The notes: generated by a model not told the origin, from the letters alone. Shown: positions 1 to 12,845, counted from the first letter of the whole stretch. The stretch is DNA of 63,839 nt, filler included, from Folioceros fuciformis (GCA_049999805.1; 9 parts of 9 records of this genome joined end to end with filler, not necessarily neighbours in it); one strand, 5' to 3'. Numbers and translations are program-made.

Positions 1-1006
1 GCGCAAAGAGGCTTTCTCCAATAGGCTGCTGCCCTGTTGTTCGCCCCTGCGTTGTCCATGACACATACGCGGCCTCCCCGGTGTTTTTTAAAAATACACC
101 GTATATAAATATTTACTTAGAAAAATCAAATTATTAACACTCTTCTCAAAACTTGTGACTGATTTTTTTTCTAGCCATACAAGTTGGAAAACCTCCTCAT
201 TTTTCGGCGTATTCGTACCTCCGTATGTTGTGACTTAGGTGACGTGTTAAAAAAAATGGGAATGTTGTACATCAAGAAAGAATTCTCAAAAGGAGGATAG
301 TGCACAACATATCCACCTACAAATAGAGTTTTAGAGATCGTTGCATTTGATCTTCAAAATGCTTAGGGTTCATGATGTCTCATTGTCTACCATCACTGGA
401 AGTGCATAACCTCCATATCTTCAAAATTGCACTTTCTTCCAAAGCTTTGATAGATTATGGTTGCCCCACGCCTTTTCTGATGTTTGTGTTAGTGTCTTTA
501 TGCTATAACATAGAAATGGTGCACTTCCCATCTTCTAACAGCTCCTTACTCTTAGCTTTCATTCAAATCAAACCCAATGAGACAACATGAGTTTGTGATA
601 CATCCTTCTCCAACAAGCAAAATTCCTTGGCCTAGAACTTGGTAGGTCCCCTCAGGTAAGGCTCATGGTTCAATTCTTCATTTATAACAAGGCAGTTCCT
701 ACTACAAAGCAACATGGCTAAATTGGTAGTTCTACTTCATGTTCATGCATCTGACGATGATAATGTTCAACTCACAAAACTCCTAATTAATTGCCATGAC
801 TTACATAGAAGATGGTTGCAATCTTCGGGAAAATGGAGGAAGGGGAAGAAACATGACGGCATCTTTCTTTAGTAAAATGGAGGAAGGGAAAGAAATATGA
901 ATGCATNNNNNNNNNNNNNNNNNNNNNNNNNNNNNNNNNNNNNNNNNNNNNNNNNNNNNNNNNNNNNNNNNNNNNNNNNNNNNNNNNNNNNNNNNNNNNN
1001 NNNNNN

Positions 1007-1185
1007 AAAATGTACAACTTAGAAAATATTTTTCATAATTTCTACTTAGAGACCATTACTTATTATACAAAGGGTAGGTTAGACCCTAGAACATCCATGA
1101 AAAAATGTACAACTTAGAAAATATTTTTCATAATTTCTACTTAGAGACCATTACTTATTATACAAAGGGTAGGTTAGACCCTAGA
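1007..1185. repeat. Tandem duplication, 95-bp period, next to an assembly gap
   Basis: aaaatgtacaacttagaaaatatttttc...ggttagaccctaga occurs at 1007-1090 and again at about 1102-1185. Confidence 0.85.
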
Positions 1186-1777
1186 CCCAATAAACTATCG
1201 TAAAAGTCCTACTATCTAGATTAGCTAGAACTAACAATTCAAGTATCCTTCAATCAAACTCAAGGCCTCCTCTCTATTGGTTTTAGATTTTCGTTTCGTT
1301 CCGTTCTAAGCTTATGACAAACAAGGGTTCACATGGGATGCAATTTGGGGCAATTAGCACATCAATGCATTCTAGCTTTTTGGATGCTAAAGAACATTAT
1401 TTTTGACAACATCTTCAAAGAGATATGCGTATACTCTATTAGTGCAGACCAAAATATCTCTCAATAATATAAAATATAAAATATGAAATGACTTCTCATG
1501 TATATCATGTCTCCTCAGATAATATATATACATTTTTTTTTTCTTTGAGTAGGGAGAAAAGAGGACTGGAGGCAATCAGTAGAGGTAACTGCAAGCAAAA
1601 ACTACTTTAGTTTTTGGGCATGGACGAGCGAGAAGATCCATTACAACAAAGGGAAACTGCTGCTCTGCAGACGAGCAGCTTCCCAGATCCCTTTAAGCGG
1701 TCCTGCCAGAGTTCAACTTCAAGCCGCTGCACTTGATACTCATGGTCTGCGAGAAGATCTTGGGCTTGATCACAAAA

Positions 1778-3466
1778 TCATGAAAAGAGAGAATTGAGAA
1801 CCGACGCGAGCCTGACGCCCCCCTGAGCAAGTCGCTTGTTCACAATGGGTAACCGGGAGTAGTAATACTCGTCTGGTGCACATGCATCTTGTAAGAATCC
1901 ATTTGTGACTCACTGACAATAAAAGCTGACTGCAGTAGGGCTAGCCTAGTTACTCGCAAATGTACCTTGCAAGATGGAGCCTGGGGTGGCGTTTCTGTAG
2001 GCATATTTGCAAGCCAGCGAAATGCTCTCGGACGCGTATCTGTAAGAAACAACACCAGTGAAAATTTAAATCCATCCGCCTCACGAAGGAAACCCACAAT
2101 GACGCAGGCCCGAAAACAAAGCTTGGCTTACGTATCTGGGCATGAGACGCTATCTCCTTCGCACTGAGACCAGTTAACGACATCATCCCTCCAGTCCCCC
2201 TTCACATTGCACAATCAAGGCAGAGGTTGTTGTGAGCATAAACGCTTGCCCCATCGTGGCTGCACAAAATCTCATGTTGTGTTCTTACAGTGATGTTCTG
2301 ATGGAGAGCCTCAGCCATTTGCAAAATGTCTGCATCGTAGTACTGTGTCTTGATACTGTTGATGATCTCAGAATCCCAAATCTGCGAAGAAAACGAAGAG
2401 ACATCAGGAATCAACTCATGCAGGCCAACAAAACATCCTACAGGCATTTTCAGTGCACAGGAGGGGAATTACATGATGCAGATTGTACTTGCGTGTATAC
2501 CAGTGAACGATTATTGAATTGCCTCCCGCATCTGAAGTGAACCCGACATGCAATGGCTGCAGGAAGGAGGCTTCTGTTTGAGTGACTTCTGGCAGTACCG
2601 AGTTTCCCTTTACCGCTTTACTGACAACATGGAGAACCCTAGCTGTCAGGAGCATCACCAATAGAGTCCTTTGTCAGCTCACCTGATGAATGTCACCCAT
2701 GTAGTGCGCTAAAAAGAGCAAAGCTTCTGTGAGATTGTCTGCAACAGAAGACAGAAAAAAAAAAAAAACAACTGTAAGACTCAGAAACTGCGGGGGACTG
2801 GAGCAGCTGTCAATTATGGCCTCAACAGAGAACATACACTGCGTTGATCCAACATCTTGGATACTGCGAAAGGAGCCGGTCGGCCTCAACCGTGGTGGTG
2901 CATAACCCGTGAGCTGTGTAGTGTAGTTGTTGATAGCACCAGCTACACACGCGTCTTGAACCCCATTTTCATTATGACAGTCCCCTGCCAAGAAGCACGA
3001 GGAAAGAATCAGAGACTCAACAGAGAAGAACTGGGGCTGAAGGACCACCAACATTTGCCAAAAACAGCGAATATATCCCGATCTGGTACCACGTACGTCC
3101 ATAGTTGTAGTTACAGAGAAAGTCAGGGGTGTCAATGTAGTGCAGAGGAGAAGTCCATTGGTACTTCCATTGCCATTTGATGTCATCCGGCCATGTGCAA
3201 AGACTCGTCAGACTGCCTTGAGCATACTCCGGCAGCAACGATATCACTGCCTTGAGTGCAGATGTTGAGAGCAGAGACTGCAGGAAGAAGCTGGGCCAAA
3301 TTCATGAACGCTAGAAACAAAACTTGAAACCAAAACCAGGCGAGGTGATCACCTCTGCAAGCAGACACGTTATGTGGTGTCCGTCTGCACCCCAGGCCTG
3401 AGAGGCTGGAGCATGAAGCAGCAGCAGAGTACACCCGACAATGGCAGACACCAAGAACCCTTTCAT
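1778..3466 (-). CDS. ENDO: S1/P1 nuclease (bifunctional endonuclease, BFN1/ENDO family), multi-exon, signal peptide
   Basis: Signal peptide MKGFLVSAIVGCTLLLLHAPASQA is followed by WGADGH. Later exons encode WPDDIK, WTSPLHYIDTPD, CVAGAINNYTTQL, NLTEALLFLAHYMGDIHQ/PLHVGFTSDAGGN, NLHH and RLAQGGVRLASVLNSLFS*. GT-AG introns; exon 1 3353-3466, exon 2 3097-3277; stop at 1778-1780. Confidence 0.95.
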
Positions 3467-4384
3467 GCTGGTGATTTGTCCACTGGCTTTGGAAGTTGCT
3501 GCTTTCAATTCAAGGCAGGAACTTCTCGTAGAAATGATTCAAAATGGATGGGAGTTGGAGGACTGCTGCCACAGCACCGTATCACACCGAAAAGCGAATA
3601 TTATGGGACATTTCGAGTTTGCCGACACTTGGAGTATTTGTGTGTTCGACTTGCGTAGAGAGGAGATTTGTTAGTGATCAGAATACTCGATAATATTCAG
3701 CCGCTAGATGGCGGGCCAGAACACATTCCGGAGTTCTCAAGTTTGCTTGACTAGGATTATGGTGTTCCTCCGACTCGCGAGGAAACGGGTCGCGAGAGCT
3801 GGCATGTTTGAGCGATGAGCAGGCAACAAATGGTTAGAAGCGTGCACAAGGTAAATCCGGCTGTCAATTCCTAGGGTTGCTGAACTAAAGCCAGGCGGAT
3901 GAGTTTATGCACAGCTCTCATTTGGCATGACCACGACCTGCCAACTCCAACCGTTCATGTATGTGTAACAACAATAAGTGTCCAAGATACGATGCGGTTG
4001 AAGGTATATCACAACGCATAGAGTTTTTTTTTCGCCCATTGCTAACCAGCTTTTAGAGGCTATCTTTGGATATATTTCATCAATAGTTGCGCAAGGGTGA
4101 TTGTCATTAAAGCAAACACTGCAAACAAAAGACCAGCTTTTCTTTTCTTCCATGCTTCTCAAAGAGTATGCAGCAGCAGGTTTCTCAAGGCTACGTCAAG
4201 CCTTTTAGGCCAAGTAAGGCCATGAAGGCTAGACCGGCAAAGCCAAAAAGAAGAAGAAGGCTTGCCTTTCCAAACTTTATGAAACAACCTAGTGTGAGCG
4301 AGCCTATGTGGCCGGGCAATGCATCAGCACGTTAGCAAGATGCATCACCAATAATCGCAAGCGCCACTATGATCGGCATGCATG

Positions 4385-4525
4385 CGCACTAAGCGCTTCA
4401 TGAATTGATTGCTTCATAAATTAACTGCTTCATAAAGAATTAAAAGTCATGGACCATGAGCATGTCATGAAGAGTTGAAGCCATGGCACTATGAGCGCTT
4501 CATGAAGAATTGAAGCCATGGCACA
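4385..4525. repeat. Degenerate tandem repeat (~35 bp)
   Basis: Recurrent (g)cactatgagcgcttcatgaagaattgaagccatg-like units. Confidence 0.6.
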
Positions 4526-6288
4526 ACGATCCACTAAATGATGAAGATGCCTTCATTGTGAAACCATGTTTGCTCTAGGATTTCAATTTTTGACCAAAAA
4601 CATTTGTGAGATGTATTGCAACAATCATAAAAGTTATGTTGAGAAAAGTGCTTCTTTCAAAGCAAATGAGACAAGGAGCATATTGAAACTCACTTTGTGC
4701 AAACTATCATGAAAGTAGTAAATGAGAATAACAATGCATTTTTGAGACGCTCTAGAATGACATCCCACATTCTTGCACGGGACATAACATGGCATACCTT
4801 AAAGGTTAGAGGTGACAAACTCCTTTGTTTTTCCACAACATAGCACACTAACCTATAGGGTGTATGCACGAACCATGGTACAACACAAAAAATATAGTTC
4901 CTAATGGAACGAGCGTGAGAAAACATGAAGACAAGGCCTAGGATTGAAAAGTAAAGAGTGTTGAGCCAATGTGAACGTTAATAAATCAATTGGCTTAACA
5001 ACCATTACAAATATCATTATTATTTCCTAAGTGTGCTTTAATAACTTTAACACATGTGTAAGGAGCTTTAAGTTATATTTTGTTCATAGGTTTGTGTATG
5101 CAACGTTGGATGACTCATATCATGGACCTCTCATAAATTGTTGACCCTCATATTGTGTTTGGTATTCTTTCTTCCTGTTTTGCGCAACGACCTGGTTACC
5201 TCACTAAAACTATTGCACCTTCTCTAGTTTTCTTACCAAGTCTCAAGAGGTTCGCCAATCAAGTTATGCAGGCTCTTGAGGACATCGTAGGTCATGGCAC
5301 CTTCGAGTGTGTTGTCGGTGATTTGGCTTGGAAGCAAGATTCCTTGCCAGTCGCCTTTGGAGAGGTTGGTGTTTTGGCCATGGAGGCCTTTGCCTTAGTT
5401 GCCTTTCTCAAAAGCTAGGCCCTCTCTAATCCAATTTTGGCCTCTCATTTTTTGCTACAAGATTCCCCTCTTCTTGAAGGTTTTACATCAAGCGTTGAGA
5501 GGGCGTTTTCCCTCTACAAATATCTCTTAAGCCGAGGTATTTTCTATGATTGAAAAAGAGATGGAAAGTCCCATCTACTCCAAAGATTGGAGGAACAACC
5601 CCATTAGGGCCAAAGGCAAAAAGAGGTACTCTCCCATTCGAATATCATTTTCAAAAACTACCTACTGCTCCCAAAATGTCATGATGTGGAATAATAAAAG
5701 GCCTACCTACCACCAATGCCGAAGAAGCTGTTTAGGTAAGCAAGAGATTTTACCTTTGGAGACTATGTTATGTGAAATGCACAGCCCAGTATGCACAGCA
5801 AGCCCATAAAGGCCACACCATGATGCTTACACGTTTGTAAGTCCTTTCTCGTATGTGGCATATGTAGACTCGGTATACCGCACTATTCTTTGGCATTAGT
5901 AAAATATAGTGACATTGAGCCTAAGAGGCCCGATCAGTATTCATGGCATCTTGGGCCCAAACATTATTAATGGCATGGTGTCCCAAGATGTGTGAAATGT
6001 GTAGCTCGAGGTGTAGCATAGCAGGCCCACAATGCAAACCATGCTAAACACCTAAGCAAAGAAACCTTGACAACGATTAGTTGTCACGATGTTAGAGTCA
6101 CATTTTTTGTCACAATATCCTGTCTCGGTATCGCTGATCCTAACTGTAACAATTGCCACAAATGTGTTACAAATAACCTTTTTTTTGTTACACTACATCT
6201 TAATATGGATACCAAACATGTACTAGCGTGAGGTGTATGCGTGGGCATGCCATTTGTGCATATGCTTCGTTGTCCTATTTGCACATGT

Positions 6289-6548
6289 GCTTATCCTTCC
6301 CATCTACATATATATTGAAGCATCCTATCCTTCCTGTCTACATATATGCTGAAGCATCTTATCCTTCCCGTCTACATATATGCTGAAGTATTCTATCCTT
6401 TTTGTCTACATACCTGCTAAAGCATCCCATCTATGCATATGCTTAGGCGATTGCAAGCACACAAAAAAATGTCTATGCATATGCTTAGGCAACCGCAAGT
6501 GCACAACAAAATGTGTGTGTATATGCTTAGGCAACGTCAAGCGCACCA
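6289..6548. repeat. Adjacent tandem arrays, 34-bp unit x4 then 42-bp unit x3
   Basis: tatcctt at 6292, 6326, 6360 and 6394; atatgcttaggc-containing units start at 6431, 6473 and about 6515. Confidence 0.8.
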
Positions 6549-6861
6549 CTTTCATTGTGAATTGCATCACCCGCGATGCTCGTCTCTACACCTGCTTACG
6601 CATCCGTGGGCACATATTTTTCTTTTAAGAACAAAGCTTTGAAAACGTGATTTAAAACCTAGAGTTGAAATCAAGGGTCTAGAAACCTTGCCTCTCGGGT
6701 ATGGAATCGCAGGTGCAGGAAGATTAGATCGAACATGGGATAGCGACGGGAACACAAACTAATGTTGCTATGTCACATATGTGCATATGAAGGTAGGGGA
6801 CATCGAGTTGAACGTTCGCACGGGTCTAACTATATTTGCCTTAATGGCCATCGAGTATCAA

Positions 6862-6948
6862 TAGGACTACAAGATATTCCTTGATCGTAATGGGACTGCA
6901 AGATATTCCTCGATCCTCATGGGACTACAAGATTTTCCTTGATCGTAA
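6862..6948. repeat. Tandem repeat, 29-bp unit x3
   Basis: ggactacaagatattccttgatcgtaat-like units at 6864, 6893 and 6922. Confidence 0.85.
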
Positions 6949-7789
6949 ATCTATATCATGGGAACCTAATCAACTAGTGCAAGCTATCTATTGCAACTTG
7001 GTTTGAGAAGGAGTATTCCATGACTAACTTAAAGGGATTGTTTTCTATAATTGAAAAAGAGATGGAAAGTCCTATCTACTCCAAAGATTGGAGGAACAAC
7101 CCAAGTAGTGCCAAAGGCTAAAAGGGATATTAGCTCCTTTGAACATCACTCTTAAAAACGATGCTCTCCAATAGGACAATGTGCCGGATGGAACCTGTAT
7201 CGACAACAGCAACCCCACAACTGCATGTAGAGAGAGAAAAAGCAAAGGAGCGGGCCAAACCTAAACAAAATCTCATAATGGTGGCGAAAGTTGCTGATGC
7301 GATTTGAAATGCCTCGATGCAAGGTCGAGCCAAAAGCCAAGAGCGAATACGAGCCCAAGAAGACCTAGGGATGGATGAGTATGAAAGAAGGGCTCTTAAG
7401 GCTTGGCTATATTACTTTTCTATAAGGGTGGCTTGAAGACCCCTCAACCCTTCCCTAGAAACGAAGGTGAAAAGAGGTAAAGCCTAACGTGCTATTAATG
7501 GTATTGGGACACCATGCCATTAATACTGTTTGGGCCCAAGATGCCATAAAAACTATTCGGTCCTCCTGGGCTACGTGTCACTATATTTTATCAATACCAC
7601 ATTAACACTACAAACCAACGATATAGTCTACATACATTGTATACAAGAAAGGATGTATAAAGGATGTATAAACATAGGCCGTGTATGAGAAGAATGCGTA
7701 AACGTATAAACATCATGGTGTATATACACAAAGATCTCGTGTTGACCGTGTTTCTAAAATTGATGGCCTATGTTCCTTTAAAATTCTTT

Positions 7790-7935
7790 GTTTATGTTCC
7801 TCCTACTTTCATGGCTATTTTCCTTCCTACTTTTATGGCTCGTATTCCTCCTACTTTCATGGCTCGTATTCCTCCAACTTTCATGGCTCGTATTCCTCCA
7901 ACTTTCATGGCCCATGTTCCTCCAAAATTCCCTAC
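7790..7935. repeat. Tandem repeat, 24-bp unit (~6 copies)
   Basis: ttcctcc(t/a)actttcatggctcgta repeated; it produces the repetitive ORFs (PPTFMARI, HESWRNTS). Confidence 0.9.
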
Positions 7936-8679
7936 TACACTCACCACGTGACGTAGGTTGGAAGAGAGACCTTTTTGACCTTTTCTCCTTAGTCATATTC
8001 ATGAGATGTGTACTTGGCCGCCTTGCCGCTCATGACTAATCTATGACATCTTACTCGGGTTGCAAATCATCACTCTCTATTTTCGCCTCTTCTTCGTGGT
8101 TTGCATCATGGTCTTCATGTATGTGGTCTTCATGTCCTTCACTTTCTAACTCTTCATTCTCACCACCCACCTTTGGCTCTGGGTCCATTGCCACCACATC
8201 CAGCTCATTGTTAACAACTGCAAGAATGGACATACCTATACGTGGTGTGGCCCTTTTCGCACACAACACTTTAAGCAAACCTTTGTGGTTAAGGGTCCCA
8301 ACAATAGATGCAGCTCCCTCCCTACAACAATATGGTGGCTGTGGGAGGTTCCCACTATCTCCCACAAAGTTCTCCGCCCACAACCCATGGAGAGTGGCTG
8401 CCATGCGGGAGATGGGATCGGGTCTCGTCTCCTCTTGCGGCTTGGCAGGTTGCTGGGAGTCTACAATCTCCTGTACCATATTTTGTGAGTCCAGGAGTAT
8501 TCTCCCCTTCGTATGCCTTCCCAAAACTCTTCCACAGTTGTATTCTTCCCACACTGCAATCCCATTCTCTCCAATGTGCCGCTGATCAAGGTGCTCTCTT
8601 CCCTCAAGCGTGCATGCACACCATTCCAGCCCAATGGTCCCCCTCCCTGCATGATGATTCGCCCCATCGATCTTCGTAG

Positions 8680-9002
8680 ATTCACGTCTTACAGCTACCC
8701 ATGCCCATATAGATAGGTTAGGGGGTTCACGTCCTACAAGTGCTCATATAGATTGGTTTGGGGGTTCACGTCTTGTAATTGACCATACACATTGGTTTGA
8801 GGGCCTTCAAAGCGTTGTGTAAAGTGCTTGCATTTGAATGCAAATAAAAGCCATGTCTAAAGTGCTTGCATCTCATTGCAAATAAAAACCACATCTAAAG
8901 TGCTTGCATCTCACCGCAAATGGAAACCACATCTAAACTGCCTGCATCTCACTAGAAATGAAAACCATGTCTATAGTGCTTGCATCTCACCGCAAATGAA
9001 AA
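8680..9002. repeat. Two tandem arrays (~39-bp x3, then 38-bp x5)
   Basis: ttcacgtc...catatagattggtttgggg units, then aaagtgcttgcatctcaccgcaaatgaaaaccacatct-like units at 8821, 8859, 8897, 8935 and 8973. Confidence 0.85.
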
Positions 9003-9244
9003 CGACCAATAGAAGTTTCCAAGTTTGTCAATGAACACAAACCACTCTATCTGCTTAGACCTCATCAAGCCTAAGCATATGCTCAGACGGGACGCCTAAC
9101 CAAATGCACTTCATGGTAGGAATGTTGACCCAATTTCAACTTGCAACAATATGATATGTAGGTCTCATCACAAACTGTTTTCTCAATAGCTTCCCTTACT
9201 CCTCATGATAGACCAAATGAGCTTCTGTACTTCATGTAGGCATC

Positions 9245-10095
9245 AAGTTGCTAGTCTCATAAGCTATTAGGTTGCTAGGCTTCTACGCTCACAAGCTACT
9301 AGGTTGCTAGTCTTACAAGCTGCTAGGTTGCTAGTCTCACAAGCTGCTAGGCTACTTGTCTCATAAGCTGCTAGGTTGCTAGGCTACTACGCTCACAAGC
9401 TACTAGGCTGCTAGTGTTACAAGCTACTAGGTTGTTAGCTATAGTCTCATAGCCTGCTAGTCTCACAGGTTGCTGGGCTGCTAGCCTACTAGGCTATTAG
9501 GCTACTAAGCTCACAAGATGCTAGGTTGCTAGGCTCACAGGTTGCTAGTCTCACAAGCTACTATTTTCATATCTTGCTAGTCTCACAGGCTACTACGCTC
9601 ACGAGTTGCTAGGTTGTTCGCCTCACATGTTGCTAGGCTGCTAGGCTTACAAGCTGTTAAGTTGTTAGGCTACTAGGCTCACAAGCTATCAGTCTCAGGT
9701 TGTTAGGCTCACAAGATGCTAGGTTGCTAGGCTCACAAGCTACTAGGTTGTTCGGCTACGAGGCTCACGGGTTGCTATGCTCACAAGCTGTTAGTCTTAA
9801 GCTGCTAAGCTTACAAGCTGTCAGTCTCAACTTGCTAGTCTCACAAGCTGTTAGTCTCAAGCTGCTAATCTCACAAGTTGTTATGCTGCTAGTCTCATAG
9901 CTTGCTAGACTCACAAGCTGCTAGGCTGCTAGTCTCACAAGCTGTTAGTCTCAAGCTGCTAGACTCACAAGTTGTTAGGTTGCTAGTCTCATAGCTTGTC
10001 AGACTCACAAGTTGCTATTCTCATAGCTTGCTAGGCTCACAAGGTGCTACGCTCACAGCCGACTAGGCTCATAGCTCAGAGGCTGTGAGGCTCAC
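9245..10095. repeat. Modular minisatellite built from ~8-nt words (GCTAGGTT/GCTAGTCT/CACAAGCT/ACTAGGCT)
   Basis: About 850 bp of shuffled 8-mers, e.g. gctagtctcacaagctgctaggtt. Confidence 0.9.
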
Positions 10096-11908
10096 GAGGA
10101 AGACCATATATAGCAATTACTCGCATGCAAGCTCATAAATAGCAATCGCTCACCTACCAATATCACATATAACAATTACTCATGGGCAAGCTCACAACTA
10201 GCAATCGCTCATATACTAATATCATTTAAGGTGTTTTCAAGGAGCAACTAAAAGAACTATCTGTTGCTCTTTGATCTCTTCAAAGATGAAGCCTCATTTG
10301 TCTTGCTCTATACAATCTTCACCCTTGATGACTTCAACTCTTTGGCATAACCCAAACCTAGCTTAATAGCTAGGCGTTGAGCTTCAAGTTCTTGTCATTT
10401 AGTTCGATATGAGATCATGAGATTGCAGAATTTTTCCTTGCACATAAAGAGAGGTTGAGGCTTGCCTACATGAGGGAAGAAGAGTCCACACCCAGTTCTA
10501 TGAGAACCAAGTACATCTTATGTTATAGGAAACATACTTCTAAAAACTTTGAAAAGAAACAAAGAGGAGAAATATCTTACTTAACCCAAGCTTCAATCTA
10601 GGCATAGATTATCCAAAACCAACCGTCATCATCCACTTGCTTGTGCTACAATGCCAATATTACTGCTTCTATAACAAATCCAGAAACATGGTTAGACTGA
10701 AAGGACAATCCTACCCATGAGTGTTTCAAGTTAGCTTGAAAACCTCATAGCCCTAGTATTAGCACTGGCCCAAGCTGAGCCCAAGATTTAGCATGCGCAT
10801 ATAGATGGAAAGAAGTTGAAACCTAAGATGAGAATGGTAGAGAGTGTTCATACTTGTAAGTCCAACAACAACATCAGTGGAGAAAAAGAAGGCCACAAGA
10901 GTCTGCACTTTAAACTTGATGATAGATTTTTGAAAAGAATCTTTATGCACAAGTCGTTTGCATTGCAGAAGTAACCTTGAGCACGAGGTGCCTCATAAAG
11001 TGAGGCCACAATATTGGTTTTGTGAGATCTGGTAAGCAATATCCCCTTTGAACAATGATGAGGTTTTTGGTTTGTTCTAGCACTCGAAGAAGGAAAGAGC
11101 ATATGTTGAGAATAAAGTCACTATATTAAATTTAAGAAATTGATGAAGAAAAAAAAAGTTATGAAAGAGGAACGATTCCTCAGTAGACAAGTATTTTGAG
11201 ATAAACTTTGTGAACAATTTGCAACAATCCAAAAGACTGGTGTAGGCAATAAAAAACGGATAGGTAGTTGCTATAAAGTTGCTTGTAGGAGTTAGCTATA
11301 CATTGTTTTGATAGTTCACTAATAAAGAGCTTTGCGAGAGAAAGCAAAACAATTGAGCATAAAGTGGTTTGTAAAGCTGATGGTAAACTAAACTTTTAAA
11401 TCAAAGCCCTTGTGTCGCGAAATTGCAGCAACGTGTTTTGCTACTTGTAAGGAGTCTACAATGGTGTGATACAAGATGTAGTTAAAATGATATTATGAAA
11501 CTTGTAACTATCAAAAGAATTGGTTTGTGCGGATTGAAGGGAAAAGTGTATGAACATATATATACATTGTCTTTGAGTAATGAACATCTTATTAGAAATA
11601 GCTAGTGTCCTTGGGGGAGGTGATGACCCCTAGAATGCATGTGTTTTACCATTCATACTAAGGGAGAAGGGACATTCAAAGTTTTGTTCCCTTTGTTAAT
11701 CTTATGTGAAGTGAGCCACCGAAGAGTGGACCTTGCTCCGCACGACTGAGAGGAAGCACCCAAGGGGATGCATCGATGTGTGTGCGTCCTATTTCTATGA
11801 CAGGTGCACTCATCAGCAGCTCACACACCTCCTATCTACCTACACACCAAGACTGAGCATTCAGCTCATCTTCCTAGTATCCTCAGATGTTGCCCACTGG
11901 CTGGCAGT

Positions 11909-12008
11909 NNNNNNNNNNNNNNNNNNNNNNNNNNNNNNNNNNNNNNNNNNNNTTAATTAATTAANNNNNNNNNNNNNNNNNNNNNNNNNNNNNNNNNNNN
12001 NNNNNNNN
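11909..12008. other. Artificial contig-joining spacer (44N-TTAATTAATTAA-44N); same spacer at 17146, 21632, 30694, 37627, 51343, 55041, 62396
   Basis: Identical 100-nt structure eight times; the 12-mer puts stops in all six frames. Confidence 0.97.
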
Positions 12009-12845
12009 AATCAGACGAGGAGAAGGGAGAAAAGAAGGAAAAGAAGAAGGTCAAGGACAAGAAGAAGGAGAAGGAGGAATCAGACGAGGAGAAGGGAGAA
12101 AAGAAGGAAAAGAAGAAGGACAAGGACAAGAAGAAGGAGAAGGAGAAATCAGACGTGGAGAAAGGAGAAAAGAAGAAGGACAAGGACAAGAAGGAGGAGA
12201 AGGAGAAATCAGACACGGAGAACGGAGAGAAGAAGGACAAGGACAAGAAGAGAAAGGAGAAATCAGACGAGGAAAAGGAAAACAAGGAGGAGAAGAGTTC
12301 AAAGANNNNNNNNNNNNNNNNNNNNNNNNNNNNNNNNNNNNNNNNNNNNNNNNNNNNNNNNNNNNNNNNNNNNNNNNNNNNNNNNNNNNNNNNNNNNNNN
12401 NNNNNAGAAGAGTTCAAAGAAGGAGAAGGAGAAGGTGAAAAAAGATAAGAAAAAGAAGAAAGCGTCCGACAAAGTGAGAGAGAAAATTGCGAAGCTGGAG
12501 GCTAAGATTGAACGGATCCTGGCCAAGAAAGAAGACTATGCACAGAGACTGCAGGCTGCCTTGGAGAAAGAGGCCCGAGAAGAAGCTGAAGCAAAGGAGG
12601 CCAAAGAGAGGACGAGTTTGGAGCAGGAGAAAGAGGCAGCTGCTGCCCCTTCAGCTCCAGCTGCAGCTCTGGCTGTGGAGGATGCGAGTTCCGTGGAGTA
12701 TCGTATTGGACAGTCGGTGGTGACCGGAGTGGCGGGAACAGACATTGTGAAGAGAAATAGTGTCGAATCGGAAACCGACCACGTCCAGAGCACCAGCAGG
12801 TCGACGGATGGAGTAGAGGCCCATCCAGCCCCCGCCACCTCCTAG
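12009..12845 (+). CDS. Lys/Glu/Asp-rich repetitive protein with C-terminal coiled coil, 5'-partial
   Basis: 54-69-bp repeats encode ESDEEKGEKKEKKKDKDKKKEKE-like units, followed by KVREKIAKLEAKIERILAKKEDYAQRLQAALEKE. Stop at 12843-12845; 100-N gap at 12306-12405. Confidence 0.75.
   Translation, partial: NQTRRREKRRKRRRSRTRRRRRRNQTRRREKRRKRRRTRTRRRRRRNQTWRKEKRRRTRTRRRRRRNQTRRTERRRTRTRRERRNQTRKRKTRRRRVQRXXXXXXXXXXXXXXXXXXXXXXXXXXXXXXXXXXKSSKKEKEKVKKDKKKKKASDKVREKIAKLEAKIERILAKKEDYAQRLQAALEKEAREEAEAKEAKERTSLEQEKEAAAAPSAPAAALAVEDASSVEYRIGQSVVTGVAGTDIVKRNSVESETDHVQSTSRSTDGVEAHPAPATS

Larger units (their letters stand above)
5540..7674. repeat. Dispersed direct repeat (5540-5628 / 7041-7129) plus inverted repeat (5824-5986 / 7504-7674); probably transposon-derived
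   Basis: ttttctat.attgaaaaagagatggaaagtcc.atctactccaaagattggaggaacaaccc appears twice. atggcatcttgggcccaaacattattaatggcatggtgtcccaa is near-perfectly reverse-complemented starting at 7504. Confidence 0.8.

Noticed and set aside
6289-9002. Regular 29-42-bp repeats as a possible CRISPR array
   Set aside because: Units are head-to-tail with no unique spacers, there are no cas genes, and the context is a plant nuclear genome.
11953-12417. Phe/Ser-rich hydrophobic minus-strand ORFs
   Set aside because: Reverse complement of the Lys/Glu repeat; they run through Ns.
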